Below, piece by piece: positions 39,181 through 50,302 of a stretch of 64,000 bases of DNA. The notes beneath the pieces were generated by a model, which was not told the DNA's origin, did not search any database, and was given only the letters and a program-made list of their open reading frames with translations. The DNA comes from an uncultured delta proteobacterium (GTDB taxonomy: Bacteria; Myxococcota_A; UBA9160; UBA4427). The stretch covers positions 1-64,000 of the forward strand of contig CAWGJT010000012.1 of NCBI GenBank assembly GCA_963822965.1, read 5' to 3'. The translations under genes and the position numbers were made by a program. Numbering within the stretch: position 1 is the stretch's first letter; each line of letters begins with the position of its first letter.

Positions 39181-40141
39181 TCAGACGCCGACGTCGTCGC
39201 TTCCTTCGTAGCGGAAGCGCGCGAACAGACTCGTCTGCACGTAGCGCTCGCCCGCGTCGCAGATCACCGTCACGATCGTCTTGTCGGCGTTTCCGGGCTG
39301 GGCCGCGTAGCGCAGGGCGCCCGCGACATTCGCGCCGGCGGAGATGCCGCACAGGATGCCCTCCTCCCGGGCCAGACGGCGGGCCATGTCGATGGCCTCG
39401 TCGCTGCTCACGGTGATCACCTGGTCGATGCAGCTCCCGACCGAGCACCTCGGGGACGAAGCCCGCGCCGATGCCCTGGATGCGGTGGGGATGGGGTGCG
39501 CCCCCCGACAGCACGGGGCTCTCGGCGGGCTCGACGGCGACCGCCTCGAACGAGGGCTTTCGCTCCTTGATCACCTGCGCCACGCCGGTGATCGTGCCGC
39601 CCGTGCCGACGCCGGCGACGAGCGCGTCCACCTCGCCGTCGGTGTCGTCCCAGATCTCGAGGGCCGTGGTGCGCCGATGCACCTCGGGATTCGCCGGGTT
39701 GCGGAACTGCTGCAGGATGAAGGCGTTCGGAATCTTGTCCGCCAGCTCCTTGGCCTTCTCGACCGAGCCCTGCATACCGCGGGCGCCGTCGGTGAGCACC
39801 ACCTTCGTGCCGAAGGCCCGCAGGGTGACGCGGCGCTCGGGACTCATCGTGTCGGGCATGACCACGATGCACTCGTAGCCCTTGACCGCGGCCACCATCG
39901 CCATGGCGATGCCGGTGTTGCCGCTCGTGGGCTCGATCAGCACCGTTTCGCCCGGACGGATGAGGCCCGCCTGCTCCGCCGTCTCGATCATCGCGAGGCC
40001 GATGCGGTCCTTGACGCTGCAGCCCGGGTTGTTGCTCTCGAGCTTCCCGAGGATGCGCGCCGAGGTGCCCGCGGCCACGCGGTTCAGGCGGACGAGAGGC
40101 GTCCCGCCGACCAGCTCACAGACGTCGTTTGCGATCTTCAC
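39181..40141 (-). CDS. cysK: Cysteine synthase A; frameshift near 39435
   Basis: [50 protein letters not shown] and GERY; start GTG 40141 behind TATGCT. Confidence 0.93.
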
Positions 40142-40180
40142 GGGCGCGAGCATACCCCCGGCGGCGGCCCCGTTCCAAGC

Positions 40181-41196
40181 TCAGGGTGCGGCGAGCGCGC
40201 GGCCGGGCACGGCGCCCAGCAGCTCCTCGAGCAGCACCGTGGCGTAGCTGCCGGCGGGAAGCTCGCAGCGGATCCGGAGCCCCGTGTCTTCCGGGCCGAG
40301 CTGCAGCTCGCGGACGGGCACCCGCAGCGGCCGCCGGCCGCCCCGCATGCGCACACCCCGGGGCGCCCGCAGCGCAGCCGGATCGAGGCCGAAGTGCCGG
40401 AGCACGTCCTGCTCGCGCGCGGCCACCGTCGGCCCCGGTTGCTCCATGCGGGTGCCGAAGAGGGGTCCCGTCGCGCTGATCTCGAAGCACTCGGCCCGGC
40501 GACACTCCCGACCGGCGTCCTCGACGAGGAAGAGGCCGCCCGAGTCGGTGCGACGGGCGAGATCGCCCACCTCGACGCGGTCGAGGGGCAGCGGACGCCG
40601 GCGCAGCACCTCGTTGAAGACCGCGGCCTGCAGGGCCGAGATCAGGAAGCGCGCCTCCCGGCGGTCGACGCGCAGGCGTTCGCCGGCCAGCAGCCGGCGT
40701 GCCCCGCGCGACGTTGTCGTCCTCGGTTCCGGCGCCGCGGCCGAAGCGCTGCTCGCCAAAGCGGTTCGGCAGGCCGATCCGCTCGATGCGGGCCTGCGCC
40801 TCCACGGCGGCCGGCAGGACGGACTCGACGTCGACCCCGCGCACGCGCAGATCGAAGCGATTGCCGGCGAGCTGCCCGGTCCGGAGCTTGTGCGGGTGCG
40901 GGGTGGCGCGCAGGACCGTGATCCCCGGCCGCGAGAGCGAGAGCGCGGCCTCCGGTGCGAGGCCCGGCACGGAGAAGTGCTGGCGCGTCACCGCGAAGCG
41001 GTCCTTGCGCCCCGCGTAGCCTACGTCCCCCGGCGCGACACCGGCCTCTCGGGCGAGCCAGCGCGCGACATCCTCGGTATTGCGCTCGCGCTTCTCGATC
41101 CACAGGAAGGTATGGCCGCCTTCGCCGCTCGGCGGATAGAGAGGGCAGCTCCTCGACGACGAAGTCCTCGGGGGATTCGAAGCGCCCCGGCGTCAC
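40181..41196 (-). CDS. truD: tRNA pseudouridine(13) synthase; frameshifted
   Basis: PEDFVVEE, YAGRKDRFAVTRQ, LAGNRF, PNRFGEQRFG, SALQAAVFN and LPAGSYATVLLEEL. Confidence 0.92.
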
Positions 41197-41996
41197 GGAA
41201 GCGACGCGTTCGCCACGGGCTGGAACGAGCTGCGGTGGATCGGCGAGGGCCCCAGCCGGCGCAGGGCGCGCAGGTGATCGGCGGTGCCGTAGCCCATGTG
41301 GCGATCGAACCCGTAGCCGGGATGATCGATCGCGTAGCGACGCATGAGTGCGTCGCGGTAGACCTTCGCGACGACCGAGGCCGCCGCGATCGAGCCGTCC
41401 CGCGAGTCACCTCGGGGAATCGCCGTTTGGGCCATGGTCACACCCGGGATCGTGCGCGCGTCCACCAGCAGGTGATCGGGCCGGCACGCCAGCGCCGCCA
41501 CGGCCCGGCGCATCGCCAACAGGGTGGCCTGCAGGATGTTGATCCGGTCGATCTCGTGCACGTCGGCCGCGCCGATCCCCACGGCCTGCGCCTGCTCGCG
41601 GATGGCGGCGTCGAGCGACTCGCGGACCCGTGCGGTCAGCTTCTTCGAATCGTCGAGGCCCGGAAGGCGGACGTCGGGCGGCAGGATCACCGCCGCCGCC
41701 ACCACCGGGCCGGCCAGCGGACCCACGCCGACCTCGTCGATGCCCGCCACCCAGCGGACCCCCTGCGCGAAGAGCTCACGGCGATGGGCGAAGAGCCGCG
41801 AGACCCGTCGCGTCTCCGCGCGGCTCGCCCGGATGCGCCGATCCACAAGGGCCTCCAGGTCGCGCGCGCCGGCGCGCCCGTCGCCCTGTAGCATGCGATG
41901 CAGGCGCAGGAGACTCTTCCGATCGGCGGCGGCCGCGACACGGGCGCGCAGCTCGGCCAGGGAAGGACGCGAGGCGCGCGCCGCTCTCGAGCTCAT
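41193..41996 (-). CDS. rnhB: Ribonuclease HII
   Basis: AGIDEVGVGPLAGPVVAAAV, DSKKL, IAAASVVAKV.RD, GYGT and IHR.SF. Confidence 0.95.
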   Translation of the reverse strand: MSSRAARASRPSLAELRARVAAAADRKSLLRLHRMLQGDGRAGARDLEALVDRRIRASRAETRRVSRLFAHRRELFAQGVRWVAGIDEVGVGPLAGPVVAAAVILPPDVRLPGLDDSKKLTARVRESLDAAIREQAQAVGIGAADVHEIDRINILQATLLAMRRAVAALACRPDHLLVDARTIPGVTMAQTAIPRGDSRDGSIAAASVVAKVYRDALMRRYAIDHPGYGFDRHMGYGTADHLRALRRLGPSPIHRSSFQPVANASLP

Positions 41997-42072
41997 CGGG
42001 CCACCGTCTCCCCCCAACGGGACGGAGCGGGGCCCGGCACGCGTCGCCGCAACCCCGCGGAGCCAGCCGCTG

Positions 42073-42894
42073 CTACCGGGCGAGAACCACGCCCACCGGC
42101 GAGGTCCGAACGACCGACGCCGCGTTGCTGCCGATGAAGTAGTCGCTGATGCGATTGCGCCCGTAGGCGCCGATCACGATCAGGCCGGCGCGCGCCTCGC
42201 GCGCCGTGTCCACCAGCTTCACGTCGGGACGTCCGAGGGTCGAGGACGTCTCGCGGACCGGCACCGAGAGCCCGCCCACCAGCTGTCGGACCTCCTCGAA
42301 GCGCGCGACGGCCCGACCCTTGTCCTTCGAGTCGACGAACACGTGGACCGACTCGCCGAGACCGTTCGCGAGCTCGACGGCCAGGTTGGCCGCGCTGCGC
42401 GAGCCCGGAGAGCCGTCGAATCCCAGGACGATGGGGCCTCCCAGGGTGGCGCCCGTGGGTACGACCAGGCAGGAGCGCGTCGACTTCCGGACCACGCTCT
42501 CCACGGTTCCGCCGATCAGGATGCCACGCCCCGGGGTGCTCTTGCCGTCCCGGCCCATCACGATGAGGTCGATGTTCTGTCCCCGCTCGACGATGCGATC
42601 GTCGGCGGCGCCGGTCGAGGCTTCGCAGCTCGCCTCGATGCCCTCGCCGCGAGCCCGCTCGCCGAAGCGGCGCGCCACGGCGTCCGCCCGGGCCTTGTAG
42701 TAGGCCGCGAGCTCGGCGGACGGGTGGCCTTGAATCGCGAGGTCGTCGCTGCCGGGCGGCCGCACGTCCCGGTCTTCCACCACGGTGACGCCGGCCAGCC
42801 GGGCCCCCAGGCGTGCCGCCAGGGAGATCCCGCATCGCTCGCCGGCGCTCGCTCCCTCCGAACCATCAGTTGCTACCAGGATCGACTCGGTCAT
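42073..42894 (-). CDS. Universal stress protein (tandem USP domains)
   Basis: ILVATDGS, DLIVMG..G, GGTVESVVR, GFDGS and IGAYG...IGS. Confidence 0.9.
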   Translation of the reverse strand: MTESILVATDGSEGASAGERCGISLAARLGARLAGVTVVEDRDVRPPGSDDLAIQGHPSAELAAYYKARADAVARRFGERARGEGIEASCEASTGAADDRIVERGQNIDLIVMGRDGKSTPGRGILIGGTVESVVRKSTRSCLVVPTGATLGGPIVLGFDGSPGSRSAANLAVELANGLGESVHVFVDSKDKGRAVARFEEVRQLVGGLSVPVRETSSTLGRPDVKLVDTAREARAGLIVIGAYGRNRISDYFIGSNAASVVRTSPVGVVLAR

Positions 42895-43169
42895 ATGGCT
42901 CCCCGCTGGTACCCCTGCACGAGACGCCGGCCAATGTAAGGGACCCCCGAGGGAGAATCAATTCTGTCCAGCGGGGAACTTTCCGGGACCTGGGCCGAGA
43001 ACCGCCCGAGCGCGACGCCATGGCAGCATCCACGGGTGCCCGAAGCTCCCCCGGGAGTCCCAGGGACCGTGCCGTTCGGGTCCCTCCGGGTTCCCGGCGG
43101 ATCCGGTGATATGCTGGGCCTCCTCCAGGGGGGCGTTCGGTGGCACGAAGCAGAAGGGGCTCGGAGGCG

Positions 43170-43583
43170 ATGGAGGGCGGCTCCGGCCCTCTGGACGACC
43201 TCCGGGACGAGTCGAGCCAGGATCCGGACGCGCGGCCGGGGGTCCTGCCGGACGTGCTGCGCCGGATGATGGCCCTGGGCTTCTCGGGGCTGTTCAGCAC
43301 CGAGGCGGCCCTCCGGAGCGCCCTCGGCGACACCGTTCCCCGGGAGTGGGTCGAGTTCCTGAGCGATCAGAGCGAGCGCACGCGCGCCGAGTTCGCCCAG
43401 CGCCTGGCCGAGGAGCTGGGACGCGTCCTCGAGCAGGTCGACCTGGTGGAGCTCGCCGAGCAGATCCTGGAGGGGCGCACCATCGAGGTGAAGGCGGAGT
43501 TTCGCCTGGGCCCCCGAGACCCGCAGCGCTCCCCCGCTCCGAGCCGCGACGGCGCTGAGCCGATCGACACCCGAAAGCGTTAG
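43170..43583 (+). CDS. Hypothetical helical protein (phasin-like)
   Basis: GGAGG RBS; LRRMMALGFSGLFSTE..., amphipathic helices; family call is inference. Confidence 0.6.
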   Translation: MEGGSGPLDDLRDESSQDPDARPGVLPDVLRRMMALGFSGLFSTEAALRSALGDTVPREWVEFLSDQSERTRAEFAQRLAEELGRVLEQVDLVELAEQILEGRTIEVKAEFRLGPRDPQRSPAPSRDGAEPIDTRKR

Positions 43584-43615
43584 AGCGACGTACCCGCAAG
43601 GATTCGGAGGGCGAA

Positions 43616-44974
43616 ATGGAGAACGAAGGACACGCCAGCGCGCGCACGACCGTGCTACCCACGGCCGTCGGAGTCGTCGCGCTGCTCGCGCTCTTCGGCT
43701 ACACGCTCTTCCTCCACCAGGGCCTGGGGCAGGCGCCGGGAGGCTGGGCGAGCAAGTGGTGGCATCCGACGATGTTCCTGCTGCTCACCCCGACGGTCGG
43801 AGGCTGGGCCGACGTCCCGTTCCAGGGCACCGTCTACCTGACGCTGCCGGCCGCAGCGCTCGCCGTGGCCGTCTTCCTGGGCACCCGCTCGGCCGTGGCG
43901 CGGGCCCTCGCCGCTTCCTTCGTCGTGATGGCGGCACTCTTCTGCGTCGCCGCCTTCAAGGCCACCGGCGCCTGGGAGTTCTTCCACTGGCGCTTCTCGG
44001 TGGTGATGGTGTGGATCGGCCTGGCGACCGGATTCACGATCATGTCCCCCGCGCTCTCGGAGGCGTGGCTCCGCCGGGGCTGGGTCGTGCGCATCCTGCT
44101 GTACGTGCCGCTCTTCTTCGCCATCGTGGCCGTGATCCGCAACGCGACGGGAACGGACGAGAGCCTGGTCGCGAACTTCTCGCCCTGGCCGGGGATCACG
44201 GTCTTCGGCCTGGAGATGGGTGCCTACACGATCGTGGGCCTCCTCTACGGCCTCGCGATCGGCCTGGGCGCGCTCAGCCAGTGGAGCAAGCGGCCTCTGC
44301 TCGCGGTGTGCGGGGTGGTCGTCGGCGCCGTCTTCCCCGCCGTCTGGTTCTCCGATCGCTTCTCCAACACCTCGAGCGGGCCGCTCGTCGGCATCGTGCT
44401 CCTGGCGCTCCTGCTCCTCGGCCTCACGGCGGCGACCCGAAGCGGCGACGCGTTCGGCGAAGCTGGCGCACCGCGCCGCCTTCTTCGCGCTCGGCGCCAC
44501 GCTGGTGATCGCCCCGCATCTTCACCGGGCGCGCGTGGGCGAGCCGCCGACTACACGGTGAACAAGTTCGTGCGCGCGCGGATCATCTCGGACGCGCTGG
44601 CGGCCTACTACGCCCGGGAGGGCGTCTACCCGGACCGGCTCTCGCAGCTCGTCGAGGAGGGCGATCTGGCCGAGATTCCGCGGCCGCGGGTGGGATTCGA
44701 CTTCCTGTACGACATCGGTCTGCTGCCGCCCATCGCCTTCAGCTACCGGGGGCTCGGAAGCAGCTACGTGCTCGAGTTCGTGTCGACGGAGTGGGTCCAG
44801 TGCGCCTACAACCCGCCCTGGTCGTCGGAAGGCGACGAGTACGCGGACGACGAGGAAGAGTACGACGATGAAGAGCTGGACGACGAGTCGACCCAGGAAG
44901 TCTGGTCGTGCCCCGACACGCGGCCGGCGCTCTGGGGCAACGACGAACGCTCCGACGCCGGCGAGGACGGGTAG
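43616..44974 (+). CDS. Polytopic membrane protein with a C-terminal pseudopilin-like extracytoplasmic domain
   Basis: About 9-10 TM segments; a short compensated frameshift near 44460-44540; C-domain ALAAYYAREGVYPDRLSQLV and an acidic tract. Confidence 0.62.
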   Translation: MENEGHASARTTVLPTAVGVVALLALFGYTLFLHQGLGQAPGGWASKWWHPTMFLLLTPTVGGWADVPFQGTVYLTLPAAALAVAVFLGTRSAVARALAASFVVMAALFCVAAFKATGAWEFFHWRFSVVMVWIGLATGFTIMSPALSEAWLRRGWVVRILLYVPLFFAIVAVIRNATGTDESLVANFSPWPGITVFGLEMGAYTIVGLLYGLAIGLGALSQWSKRPLLAVCGVVVGAVFPAVWFSDRFSNTSSGPLVGIVLLALLLLGLTAATRSGDAFGEAGAPRRLLRARRHAGDRPASSPGARGRAADYTVNKFVRARIISDALAAYYAREGVYPDRLSQLVEEGDLAEIPRPRVGFDFLYDIGLLPPIAFSYRGLGSSYVLEFVSTEWVQCAYNPPWSSEGDEYADDEEEYDDEELDDESTQEVWSCPDTRPALWGNDERSDAGEDG

Positions 44975-44984
44975 GCACCCGATC

Positions 44985-46367
44985 ATGGCGAGCCGGCTGC
45001 CGCGCCTCTCCGTCGCCGAACGCGTCTACCGGGCCCGACGGATCGGCATGACGTTCGGCCGGATCTATCTGGGCGCGAAGACGAACCAGTTCCTGGCGCG
45101 TCGGGTCGCTCCCCGCGACATGGCCGAGCGCTGGTCCGCCTTCCACACGGAGTCCGCCCACGCGATCTACGAAGCCGCCATCGAGCTGCGCGGGCCTCAT
45201 CCTGAAGGGCTGCCAGTTCATCGGCTCCCGCGCCGACGTCCTGCCGCCCGAGTACGTGGAGATCCTCTCCCGGCTGCAGGACCGCGTTCCGGCGAAGCGC
45301 TTCCCGGTGGTGCGGGAGACCATCGAAGAGGAGCTCGACCGCCCCCTGGGCGAGATCTTCGCGTCGTTCGAGGAATCGCCGATCGCCTCGGCCTCCCTGG
45401 CCCAGGTGCACCGGGCGGTCCTCCACTCCGGCGAGACGGTCGCCGTCAAGGTGCAGTACCCCGAGATCGCGAGCCTGGTCCGCTCGGACCTCTCGAACCT
45501 GCGGGTGCTCTTCCGCACGGTCGGCCTGGTGGAGCGCGACTTCGACCTGATGCCGCTCGTCGACGAGCTGGGCACCCACATGCCCCTGGAGCTGAACTTC
45601 GTCAACGAGGCGCACAACGCGGAGCGCATCTCGCGCTTCTACGAGGATCGCGAAGACGTCCACGTGCCCCGGGTCCACTGGGAGTACACGACCCGCCGCG
45701 TGATGGTCAGCGAGTTCATCGAAGGCATCAAGATCAGCGACGCCCGTGCGCTGCGCGGCGCGGGCATCGACCCGAACGCGATCATGCGCACGCTGATCGA
45801 GGCGTACTGCGAGCAGATCCTCATCCGGGGCTTCTTTCACGCCGACCCGCACCCGGGCAACCTGCTGGTCGAGCCCAAGGGACCCGCACGGCGGCGCGCG
45901 TCTGGTCTTCGTGGACTTCGGGCTGGCCAAGGAGCTGCCGGCGCGCTTCCGGCACGGAATCCTCGAGCTCACCGGCGCGCTGGTGCAGGGAAGCGCCGCG
46001 CGCATGGCGCAGGCGTTGCTGCGAGCTGGGCTTCGAGACCCGGGAAGGCGGCGTCGAGGCGCTCCACGACATCGCGGCGGTGGTGCTCGAGACGGCGGTC
46101 CGGCTCCGGAAGCAGAGCTGGCTCGACCGCGATGCGGCGCGCGAGGCGGGCGAGGACCTGCCGCGCATGATCCGGGAGAACCCCATCGTGCGCGTGCCGA
46201 GCCACGTCGTCCTGCTCGGTCGGGTCGTCGCGCTGCTCTCGGGACTCGGCCGCTCGCTCGAGGCGCGGGTCGACATGGTGCAGACGATCCTCCCCTTCGT
46301 GCTGAAGACCGCCGCGACGCCGCCTCGCGGCACCCGCAGCCCGAGGGCGCGCCGCTCCGCCGGGTGA
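44985..46367 (+). CDS. ABC1/UbiB/AarF atypical kinase family protein; frameshifted
   Basis: LQDRVP, PIASASLAQVHRA, VAVKVQYP, ELNF..EA.N, FFHADPHPGN and DFG. Confidence 0.9.
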   Translation: MASRLPRLSVAERVYRARRIGMTFGRIYLGAKTNQFLARRVAPRDMAERWSAFHTESAHAIYEAAIELRGPHPEGLPVHRLPRRRPAARVRGDPLPAAGPRSGEALPGGAGDHRRGARPPPGRDLRVVRGIADRLGLPGPGAPGGPPLRRDGRRQGAVPRDREPGPLGPLEPAGALPHGRPGGARLRPDAARRRAGHPHAPGAELRQRGAQRGAHLALLRGSRRRPRAPGPLGVHDPPRDGQRVHRRHQDQRRPCAARRGHRPERDHAHADRGVLRADPHPGLLSRRPAPGQPAGRAQGTRTAARVWSSWTSGWPRSCRRASGTESSSSPARWCREAPRAWRRRCCELGFETREGGVEALHDIAAVVLETAVRLRKQSWLDRDAAREAGEDLPRMIRENPIVRVPSHVVLLGRVVALLSGLGRSLEARVDMVQTILPFVLKTAATPPRGTRSPRARRSAG

Positions 46368-46452
46368 GCCGGGAGCCGCGAGCCGTCGTGCCTCCCCCGG
46401 CCAGCCCCTGCGCAACACGACGAGGCGTCACTGGGGCCTGCCGGCTTCCGGT

Positions 46453-47423
46453 GTGGCGCTGGGGATCTCCCTGGGCGGCGTGTCCGACGCGCGCGAGGCG
46501 CAGTGCCCTGCTCGCGTGGGTCGACCGCGCCGAGGCGCTGGGACTGCATTCGGTCTGGATTCCCGAGATGCACTTCGCACCCGGGCGTCGCGACGGCGCC
46601 CCTGGTGCTGCTCGCCGCCTGTGCGGCGCGCAGTCGCCGGCTGCGGCTCGGCACCACGTCCCTGCTGCTTCCCATCCGATGCGCCGCTGCGCGTCGCCGA
46701 GGAGGTGGCGGCTCTCGATCGGCTGTCGGGCGGACGCGTGCTGCTCGGGCCTCGGGCGCGGATTCCGGGCGCCGCTGTTCGAGGCCTTCGGAATCGACGC
46801 CGCCACCAAGCGCGACCTGTTCGATCGGGCGCTCGATCGGCATGCTCGACCGCTGGGCCGGGGACGCCGACGGAGGGCGTGCATCCGGCGCGGCGGACGG
46901 CGCGAGCCCGTCGCGCCCCACCCAGCGGCCGCACCCGCCTCTGGCCGTGGCCGCGTTCGGCCGCAAGGGACTGCTGCAGGCGTCGCGACGCGCCCTGCCC
47001 TACCTGGCGTCTCCCCTCGAGCCGCTCGACGGCATCGAGGAGAACCTCCGCTTCCACCGCGACAACCTCCCGGCCGAGGTGTCGGCCGCGGATCTCGTGG
47101 TTCCCGTGATGCGCACCGTCCACGTCGCCGCCAGCGACGCCGAGGCGGCTCGGGTGATCGCGGCCCTGGAGGACGAGCAGCGCAGGGCGCGGCCCGGCGG
47201 ACCCCTCCCCGCCGCCGTCGCGCGCGCCGCCGCCGGCGGGGTCCACCAGCGTGCGGTGGTCGGGCTCCGCCAGGAGGTGACCGATCGGCTCGGCGCCTAC
47301 CGCGAGCGGCTCGGGATGGACCTGCTGGTGGCACGACCGCAGATCCGCGCGGCCAGCACCGGCGAGCGCGAGGCGGCCCTCGAGCGGCTGGCCCTCGACG
47401 TGATGCCGGCGCTCGGCGTCTGA
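46453..47423 (+). CDS. LLM class flavin-dependent oxidoreductase; frameshifted
   Basis: AEALGLHSVWIPEMHF, RLRLGT, LRVAEEVAALDRLSGGR and P.QRPHPP. Confidence 0.82.
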
Positions 47424-47433
47424 GACCCGCCGC

Positions 47434-47619
47434 TCAATCGGGGTCGGGCTCTTCCCGCGTGAACGAGATGAACGCCATGCTCGGCCGCTTCGACGATTCG
47501 CGCATGGCGAACTGCACGTTGTCGAGGGTCCATCCCCGAGCGGTCCACTCGTTGAGGACCTCTTCGATCTCGACGTCGGTGACCGAGCCGAGCTCCACGA
47601 CCTTCCAGACGAGCGCCAC
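47434..47619 (-). CDS. DUF4177-like small protein; start uncertain, could extend to about 47735
   Basis: WKVVELGSVTD.EIEEVLNEWTARGWTLD...FTR pattern; immediately downstream of hemB. Confidence 0.55.
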   Translation of the reverse strand: MALVWKVVELGSVTDVEIEEVLNEWTARGWTLDNVQFAMRESSKRPSMAFISFTREEPDPD

Positions 47620-47738
47620 GCCGATCTCCCGCTTGGCCGGCCCTCCGGGCCGGCGGGCCGCCGCGGCCCGGGCCCCGCGACGGCCGGGGGCCTTCGCCGA
47701 CTCGTCGGCCGGACCGTGCCCCGACCTGAGCGCCCGGC

Positions 47739-48710
47739 TCAGGCCAGGCGCGGCGCCAGCTCCGCCGCCGCGTAGGTGAGGATCCAGTCGGCCCCCGCCC
47801 GCTTGATGGCCACGAGGGCCTCCTCCATCGCGCGCGGACCGTCGATCCAGCCGCGCTGGGCCGCGGCGTGGATCATCGAGTACTCCCCCGAGACGTGATA
47901 GGCGGCGAGAGGCACGTCGAACTCCCGGCGCGCGTCGGCCAGGATGTCCAGGTAGGGCAGCGCCGGCTTCACCATCAGGACGTCGGCGCCCTCTTCGTAG
48001 TCGAGCCGCATCTCGCGCAGGGCCTCGCGCCGGTTGGGCGGATCCATCTGGTAGGAACGGCGGTCGCCGAACTGGGGCGTGCTCTCGGCCGCGTCGCGGA
48101 AGGGGCCGTAGAAGGCGCTCGCGAACTTCGCCGCATAGGAGACGATCGGCACCTCGCCGAAGTCGTGGGCGTCGAGGATGCCGCGGATGGCGGCGACCCG
48201 ACCGTCCATCATGTCCGACGGCGCGACCCCGTCTGCGCCCGCGCGCGCGTGGGAGAGCGCGGTCGCCGCGAGCCGCTCGACCGAGGGGTCGTTGCGCACC
48301 TCCTCGCCCTCGACGATTCCACAGTGCCCGTGGTCGGTGTACTCGCACAGGCACACGTCGGTCATCACGCACAGCTCGGGCAGGCCCGCCTTGAGGGCCG
48401 CCACCGCCCGCTGCACGACGCCGTCGGCGGCATCGGCCCCGGACCCGACGGCGTCCTTCCGCTTCGGAATGCCGAAGAGGATCACGGCCGGGACGCCCCG
48501 GTCGAAGACCCGCTTCGCTTCCTCGACGAGCGTGTCGACGGAGAAGCGCGAGACGCCCGGCATCGACGCGACCGGCTCGCGCACCCCCGATCCCTCGACG
48601 ACGAAGAGGGGCTGGATCAGGTCGTCCCGGGACAGGCGCGTCTCGCGGACGAGCCGCCGCAGGGCCTCGGTGCGCCGGAGTCGGCGCAAGCGGTTCACGG
48701 GAAAGCTCAT
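47739..48710 (-). CDS. hemB: Porphobilinogen synthase (Zn-dependent)
   Basis: [40 protein letters not shown] and AYHVSGEY. Confidence 0.96.
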   Translation of the reverse strand: MSFPVNRLRRLRRTEALRRLVRETRLSRDDLIQPLFVVEGSGVREPVASMPGVSRFSVDTLVEEAKRVFDRGVPAVILFGIPKRKDAVGSGADAADGVVQRAVAALKAGLPELCVMTDVCLCEYTDHGHCGIVEGEEVRNDPSVERLAATALSHARAGADGVAPSDMMDGRVAAIRGILDAHDFGEVPIVSYAAKFASAFYGPFRDAAESTPQFGDRRSYQMDPPNRREALREMRLDYEEGADVLMVKPALPYLDILADARREFDVPLAAYHVSGEYSMIHAAAQRGWIDGPRAMEEALVAIKRAGADWILTYAAAELAPRLA

Positions 48711-50302
48711 CGTTCTTCCCTTTCGTCTTCTTCGGGGTCGTTCGCGGCCTCGCGCAGGGCCTGCACGTGTCGGCTGAGCGCTTCCACGAGCGAGCCGGAA
48801 TCCGGCCGCTTGGGCACCACGTCGGGCTCGATGCCCCGCTCGCGAAGCGCCTGCGCGGTGGTCGTGCCGACGGCCGCCACGATGCAATCCCCGACGGCGC
48901 GACGCGCCCCGTCGTCCAGCAGGTCCGCGAAGTGCGAGACCGTCGACGGGCTCGTGAAGGTGAGCGCGTGCAGGGTACCGGCTTCCAGCTCCTGGCGCAG
49001 AGCCGCCACGTCTACGGCGGGTCGTACGTTGCGGTAGGCGTCGACGGCGTCGACCACGGCACCGGCGTCGCGCAGGCCGTCCGCGATGCGCGTCCGGCCG
49101 ACATCGGAGCGGGGCAGCAGGAAGCGGCGGCCGGACACCGGCCCCGCCTGCAGGATCTGCGCGAGCAGCCCGTCGGCGTCGCTGCGACCGGTCGCCACCA
49201 CGTGCACGGGAAAGCCCACGGCGAGGGCGGCCTCGGCGGTCTTCTGGCCCACGCAGAAGACCCGCCCGCGGAACGCGCCGAGGTCGCCGCCGCGTTCCCG
49301 GGCCCGCGCGGCCAGGTAGCGCACCCCGTTCGAGCTCGCGAAGACGAGGCCTTCGTAGTCGCCGATCCCCGCGATGGCGGCGTCGAGGGCGGCCACGGAC
49401 TCCGGATCCTCGGGAGGCAGCAGCGCGATCAGCGGCACGAGCACGGGCTCGGCGCCCGCTGTGCGCAGCGCGCTCGCGAGCTCGGCACTCTGGTCCGCGG
49501 CCCGCGTCACGAGCACCCGCAGCCCGAAGAGCGGCTCCTTCTCCCACCAGGCGATGCTCTCGCGCAACCGGACGACCTCCCCCACGATCACCGTCGACGG
49601 GGCGCCGAGGCCCGCCGCCGCCACCCGCGCGGGCAGCTCGCCGAGCGGTGACACCACCACCTGCTGGGTGCCGAGGGTGCCGTGCATCACGGCCGCGCTC
49701 GGCGTGTCCGCGGGCTTGCCGCCCCGCAGCAGCTTGTCCACCAGGTCCGGAAGATTCCGCATCCCCATCAGGATCACGAGGGTGTCGACCGCCGCGCCGA
49801 GCTGCGCCCAGCGCGTCGCCTCACGGGGCCGGCCGGGGTCCTTGTGACCGGTGACCACCGCGAAGGACGCCGCGTGGCGGCGGTCCGTGACGGGAATGCC
49901 CGCATAGGCGGGAGCCGCGATCGCAGCGGTCACGCCCGGCACCACCTCGCACGGGATTCCCGCCGCCGCGCACGCCGATGCCTCCTCGCCCCCGCGTCCG
50001 AACACGAACGGGTCGCCGCCCTTGAGGCGCACCACGGTGGCGCCGGCCCGCGCCCGGGCCACGAGCAGCGCGTTGATGTCCTGCTGCGACCGGGTCGGCG
50101 CGTCGTGTCCGCGCTTGCCGACGTCGATGCACTCGGCGTGGGGGGGCGCCAGCGCCAGCAGCTCGCGGGTCGCGAGAGAGTCGTAGAGCACCACGTCCGC
50201 CCGAGCCAGGGCGGCGGCGCCCCGCACGGTGATGAGGTCGGGATCGCCCGGCCCGGCACCCACGAGGACGACGCGCCCGCCGCTCTTCCCGTCCGGGCTC
50301 AC
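48707..50302 (-). CDS. cobA: Fused uroporphyrinogen-III C-methyltransferase / uroporphyrinogen-III synthase (CobA-HemD)
   Basis: [28 protein letters not shown] and VPGVTA; HemD half LRVLVTR, FASSNGV and FTSPSTV. Confidence 0.94.
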   Translation of the reverse strand: MSPDGKSGGRVVLVGAGPGDPDLITVRGAAALARADVVLYDSLATRELLALAPPHAECIDVGKRGHDAPTRSQQDINALLVARARAGATVVRLKGGDPFVFGRGGEEASACAAAGIPCEVVPGVTAAIAAPAYAGIPVTDRRHAASFAVVTGHKDPGRPREATRWAQLGAAVDTLVILMGMRNLPDLVDKLLRGGKPADTPSAAVMHGTLGTQQVVVSPLGELPARVAAAGLGAPSTVIVGEVVRLRESIAWWEKEPLFGLRVLVTRAADQSAELASALRTAGAEPVLVPLIALLPPEDPESVAALDAAIAGIGDYEGLVFASSNGVRYLAARARERGGDLGAFRGRVFCVGQKTAEAALAVGFPVHVVATGRSDADGLLAQILQAGPVSGRRFLLPRSDVGRTRIADGLRDAGAVVDAVDAYRNVRPAVDVAALRQELEAGTLHALTFTSPSTVSHFADLLDDGARRAVGDCIVAAVGTTTAQALRERGIEPDVVPKRPDSGSLVEALSRHVQALREAANDPEEDEREER

